Positions 60,997-64,000 of a DNA stretch of 64,000 nucleotides are shown here, one piece after another. Every line of letters starts with the position of its first letter. The stretch's first letter is position 1. The notes beneath the pieces were generated by a model, which saw only the letters and a list, made by a program, of their open reading frames with translations, was not told the origin of the DNA and did no database searches. This DNA is from Rhodosorus marinus CCMP1338. Lineage: Eukaryota; Plantae; Rhodophyta. Location: the NCBI GenBank assembly GCA_029953675.1, contig JAMWBK010000007.1, forward strand, positions 62,001 to 126,000. Reading direction: 5' to 3'. The position numbers and the translations under genes were made by a program.

Positions 60997-62532
60997 TCAG
61001 GGACACTTCCTATTGATTCCCATTGCCCCATGTTCATCATATTCCTGCTTTGACATCCACATCTGCTGGAAGGTTCCTAAAGACCCGAGGATGGAGCCTC
61101 CTACCCAAGGAGCAGAAGCTCTATCCTGACGAAGCGACGGTGAAACCATTCGTAGTTTGAACATCTGCGGGGTAATCGCAGCGACTTCCCTTTGGAACCT
61201 CTCCGCCACTCCGGGAAACAGCGAACAGCCTCCACTGAGCACTAGGCCTCCAAAAAGTTCCCTTCTGACGTCTATATCGCATGCTGAAGCGGCTTCGTAA
61301 GCTAGACGATGAAGCGATCGTGCGCTTTCGATTCCAGGAATCTTGGAATCTGATAAAAGTCTCGGATCAAACAGAGATTCTGGGATCCTTTCGCAGATTT
61401 CTTGGCCCATATCAAGCTCAGTACCATCTGGAAGAGTATATACCGTTGGTCGTGGTTCCCGCTTGACCTTTGAACCCGCCACGACAGCGGCGGCGGTTGC
61501 GGTCTGAGCAGGACCACCACCGTTGGCTTCTGGATCGGGAGTTTCTATGATCTCCCGAATCGAAAGCGCGCTCTGCTTCAGATCGTGAACGATCTGCATT
61601 CTATAGAACGCCTTTTTCGAGTCCAACGAGAAGGTTTTTGCAACCCCTTCCTTGGGTACGACTGCTCCGGGCGCAGGTGGCGGAGCCTCAACGGTCGTCG
61701 GTTTCACTTTACTCACTTCACCAGGTGGAGCAGCTGGAACAGCCTCCTCCTTTACCTCCATCTCGACATCCTGAGATCCATCCTTGGGCTTTTCCTTTTC
61801 CTCAGAACCGGCTGTGTCCTTGGATACGGCTGCGGTCGAATCTACGACTCCATTGCTCCCCTCTGCTTTCGATTCCTTCTCAGTCGTCGCTCCTGACATG
61901 CTTGGAAGTTCGTACCGAGCACGAATTCCATTCTGTCCAGCTTTCTCGTTAGCAACTTGATAAGTATAATCGGAGAGCGCTCTTCCTCCGAGCACGCTCG
62001 TCTGTTTAGACTTTTCCAACGCGTAGCCTTCGAAAACCGCCGTCGCAAAGGCTCCTTGGTGCCCCACATCGACCACCAAAGACGTGCTTCTTCCAGCTGA
62101 AAATGCTGCCATAACCGGCCCTCGAGCAATGAAGAAGGATTTCAACCCCATCCCTTCAAACACCAGCTCCGCAGCTGCTGCTCTTCCATTTACTCCCCAC
62201 ATATACGACGGTTCGACTAAGATTAGAGGCGTCTCCTTCGAGGAAACCATCAAATGCTTACTCAGGACGTGATCAACGACCTTCTTCATCACATCCCACT
62301 TGGGAATTGCCTGTAGTCCCGCCATGGGATCATAAACGTCCACAACCTGATCAACCAACTCAGGTAAACCCCAAAGAGAATGGCCAAGCACATCATTCTT
62401 CCCGGACCTCGTCCCGATCGCAGAAGGAACCAATGCACGTGGACTATCCTCACCAGCTAATCCCCCTCGAATCAAAAACGACCCGCAGTCAATCACAGCA
62501 GCTCCTACGTCAACTCCTCCACTCGTCGCCAT
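60997..62532 (-). CDS. ARP4: Nuclear actin-related protein 4 (ARP4/BAF53-like)
   Basis: VIDCGS..RGGLAGEDSPRALVPS, LILVEP, YTLPDG, CDIDVRRELFGGLVLSGGCSLFPG, and the ARP4-type end WVGGSILGSLGTFQQMWMSKQEYDEHG..INRKCP, with a long low-complexity insertion. Confidence 0.88.
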   Translation of the reverse strand: MATSGGVDVGAAVIDCGSFLIRGGLAGEDSPRALVPSAIGTRSGKNDVLGHSLWGLPELVDQVVDVYDPMAGLQAIPKWDVMKKVVDHVLSKHLMVSSKETPLILVEPSYMWGVNGRAAAAELVFEGMGLKSFFIARGPVMAAFSAGRSTSLVVDVGHQGAFATAVFEGYALEKSKQTSVLGGRALSDYTYQVANEKAGQNGIRARYELPSMSGATTEKESKAEGSNGVVDSTAAVSKDTAGSEEKEKPKDGSQDVEMEVKEEAVPAAPPGEVSKVKPTTVEAPPPAPGAVVPKEGVAKTFSLDSKKAFYRMQIVHDLKQSALSIREIIETPDPEANGGGPAQTATAAAVVAGSKVKREPRPTVYTLPDGTELDMGQEICERIPESLFDPRLLSDSKIPGIESARSLHRLAYEAASACDIDVRRELFGGLVLSGGCSLFPGVAERFQREVAAITPQMFKLRMVSPSLRQDRASAPWVGGSILGSLGTFQQMWMSKQEYDEHGAMGINRKCP

Positions 62533-62759
62533 ACTTTCCCGAAAACCTAACAATCAACAAAAAGCTCTCCAACCCCCACCGCCCCCCGGCGGCCTACCTC
62601 TCCAATCCACAAATTCTCAAACGCCCTTTCCCACGGTATCAGAAAAATACGTCTCTCTCCATCCACTCCGCTCGAGAGCTCATACCTTCTTGTGGAGATT
62701 CCCCACCTCCCTCTTAACCCCAAGCTCCGCTCGCCTTCAAACTTTACGACCTGTCCAGT

Positions 62760-63120
62760 GAACACGGGTTGTGAACGAAAAACGACAATCTAGTTGTGTC
62801 GAGATCTTCTCCTTACCCCTCCGAAGCAATCTGATCAATGCAATGGCAATGAGAGGATTCCCCCAACCTCCCCGAGCATCGAACTTATACAGAACGTCTC
62901 GTGAACGCGCTGGTGAACGAGACATACAATAATACTACTTCTCCTCCTCCCTCCGAGGCAATCTGATCAAAGCAATAGCGGTGTGTCGATTCACCTAGAC
63001 TCCGATTGCTTCAAACTTGACCCCTCCAGTCTCGTGCACAAGATCATGAACGAGAAAGACGTACTTGTCCTTTTTCTTCCTAGCAATCTGATCTCCAAGG
63101 CAATGGCGGTGAGAGGAGAA
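62760..63120. repeat. Degenerate tandem triplication (about 130-bp period), possibly a decayed coding repeat
   Basis: GCAATCTGATC..(A/T)GCAAT(G/A)GC occurs three times, at about 62826, 62958 and 63083. Confidence 0.7.
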
Positions 63121-64000
63121 TAGAGGAATTGTTCACTGACCCGTTTCCAACGGCGAGTTCATTGGTGACGCGCACTGGTCAGAATGACACTTGAGAAATG
63201 ACAACGTGCGTTGCGATCACTTTATCATGAGGTTTGTGTGCAAAATAACGAGCAGTCGACGATACTATGCCTTAATGGTTGGCTTCACAACTATCGCATG
63301 AGCAACACGAGTACGACAAAATCAAACTACTTCCGTCATCATTCAGAGACAACACAACAACCACCGTGAGAGGCTAAAAAAGACCAAACACAGAAAATGA
63401 ACGAGGTGGATGCAGCTGGACAGTTCTTGGACCCACACACCAGATACTCAACAAACACCACGTAAGGAATGCCGCACAGCGACCCTTTCCCGCAGCAAGG
63501 TAATCTGCTGAAGGTGATGAAGAAGGCCGTGTCGATCATGTCCTCAATAAGCAATTAATGGCTTCCAGGAAGGAAACGCCTCTGAAAGCACCAATGAGCG
63601 GATTTGCTCCTGACAAGCAGAAGAGTAGAATTGGTCATGGACACTTTGATGATTGAGTTCAGTTGCGAAGCGGACTCCTTCACAGGGGATGGAGCTTTCT
63701 CACGCCCGTGATCAAAAGCATCTGGCAATCGATAGCTCTCCGTGATCGTTATGTTCTGTGTCCTTCCGTGCCTGTTCGCCTATTGAGATCGGCGTCGACT
63801 CGGATTCTGTGGACTGGTTCGTCTGGAGCGGAGAACAGCTGAAGAATCCGTCCGCTATGTTTGCTTTTGATACCTGAAGCAGTCTTAAACCGTTTGTGAC
63901 CTTTTGGCCTTCCCTTGTTACCTGAGATGGTAAGCCTAGCTTGCCCTCTTCGAGATCAAAGCTGCGGCCCGCAGTAAGGGGTGCGTTAAGGTCTATCGTT

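Noticed and set aside
63130-64000. Possible minus-strand coding fragment at the window end
   Set aside because: Short open stretch with no recognisable motif; cannot be supported without downstream sequence.

Overview
Eukaryotic nuclear DNA, probably from a red alga. This is an inference from short GT-AG introns, an MAF-starting plastid transit peptide and a Hint-domain protein; the species cannot be determined from the window. About 1-44 kb is dominated by nested non-LTR retrotransposons of the RT plus restriction-like endonuclease (RLE) type, CRE-clade-like. There are at least three families (called A, B, C here) and a trace of a fourth. All three carry an upstream ORF1 with a shared RRM-like domain. 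A and B copies insert into the 3' ends of older copies of their own family in antisense orientation. Target-site duplications of 6-14 bp and stuttered 3' tails are visible. Host genes are a plastid-type monodehydroascorbate reductase, a Cys-rich secreted protein, a spliced serine protease-mucin stalk-Hint fusion, a catalytically degenerate astacin-EGF-C2 protein, two paralogous double beta-helix secreted proteins, an ORANGE-like DnaJ zinc-finger protein and ARP4. No rRNA, tRNA, CRISPR or telomere repeats were recognised. All alignments were done by eye.
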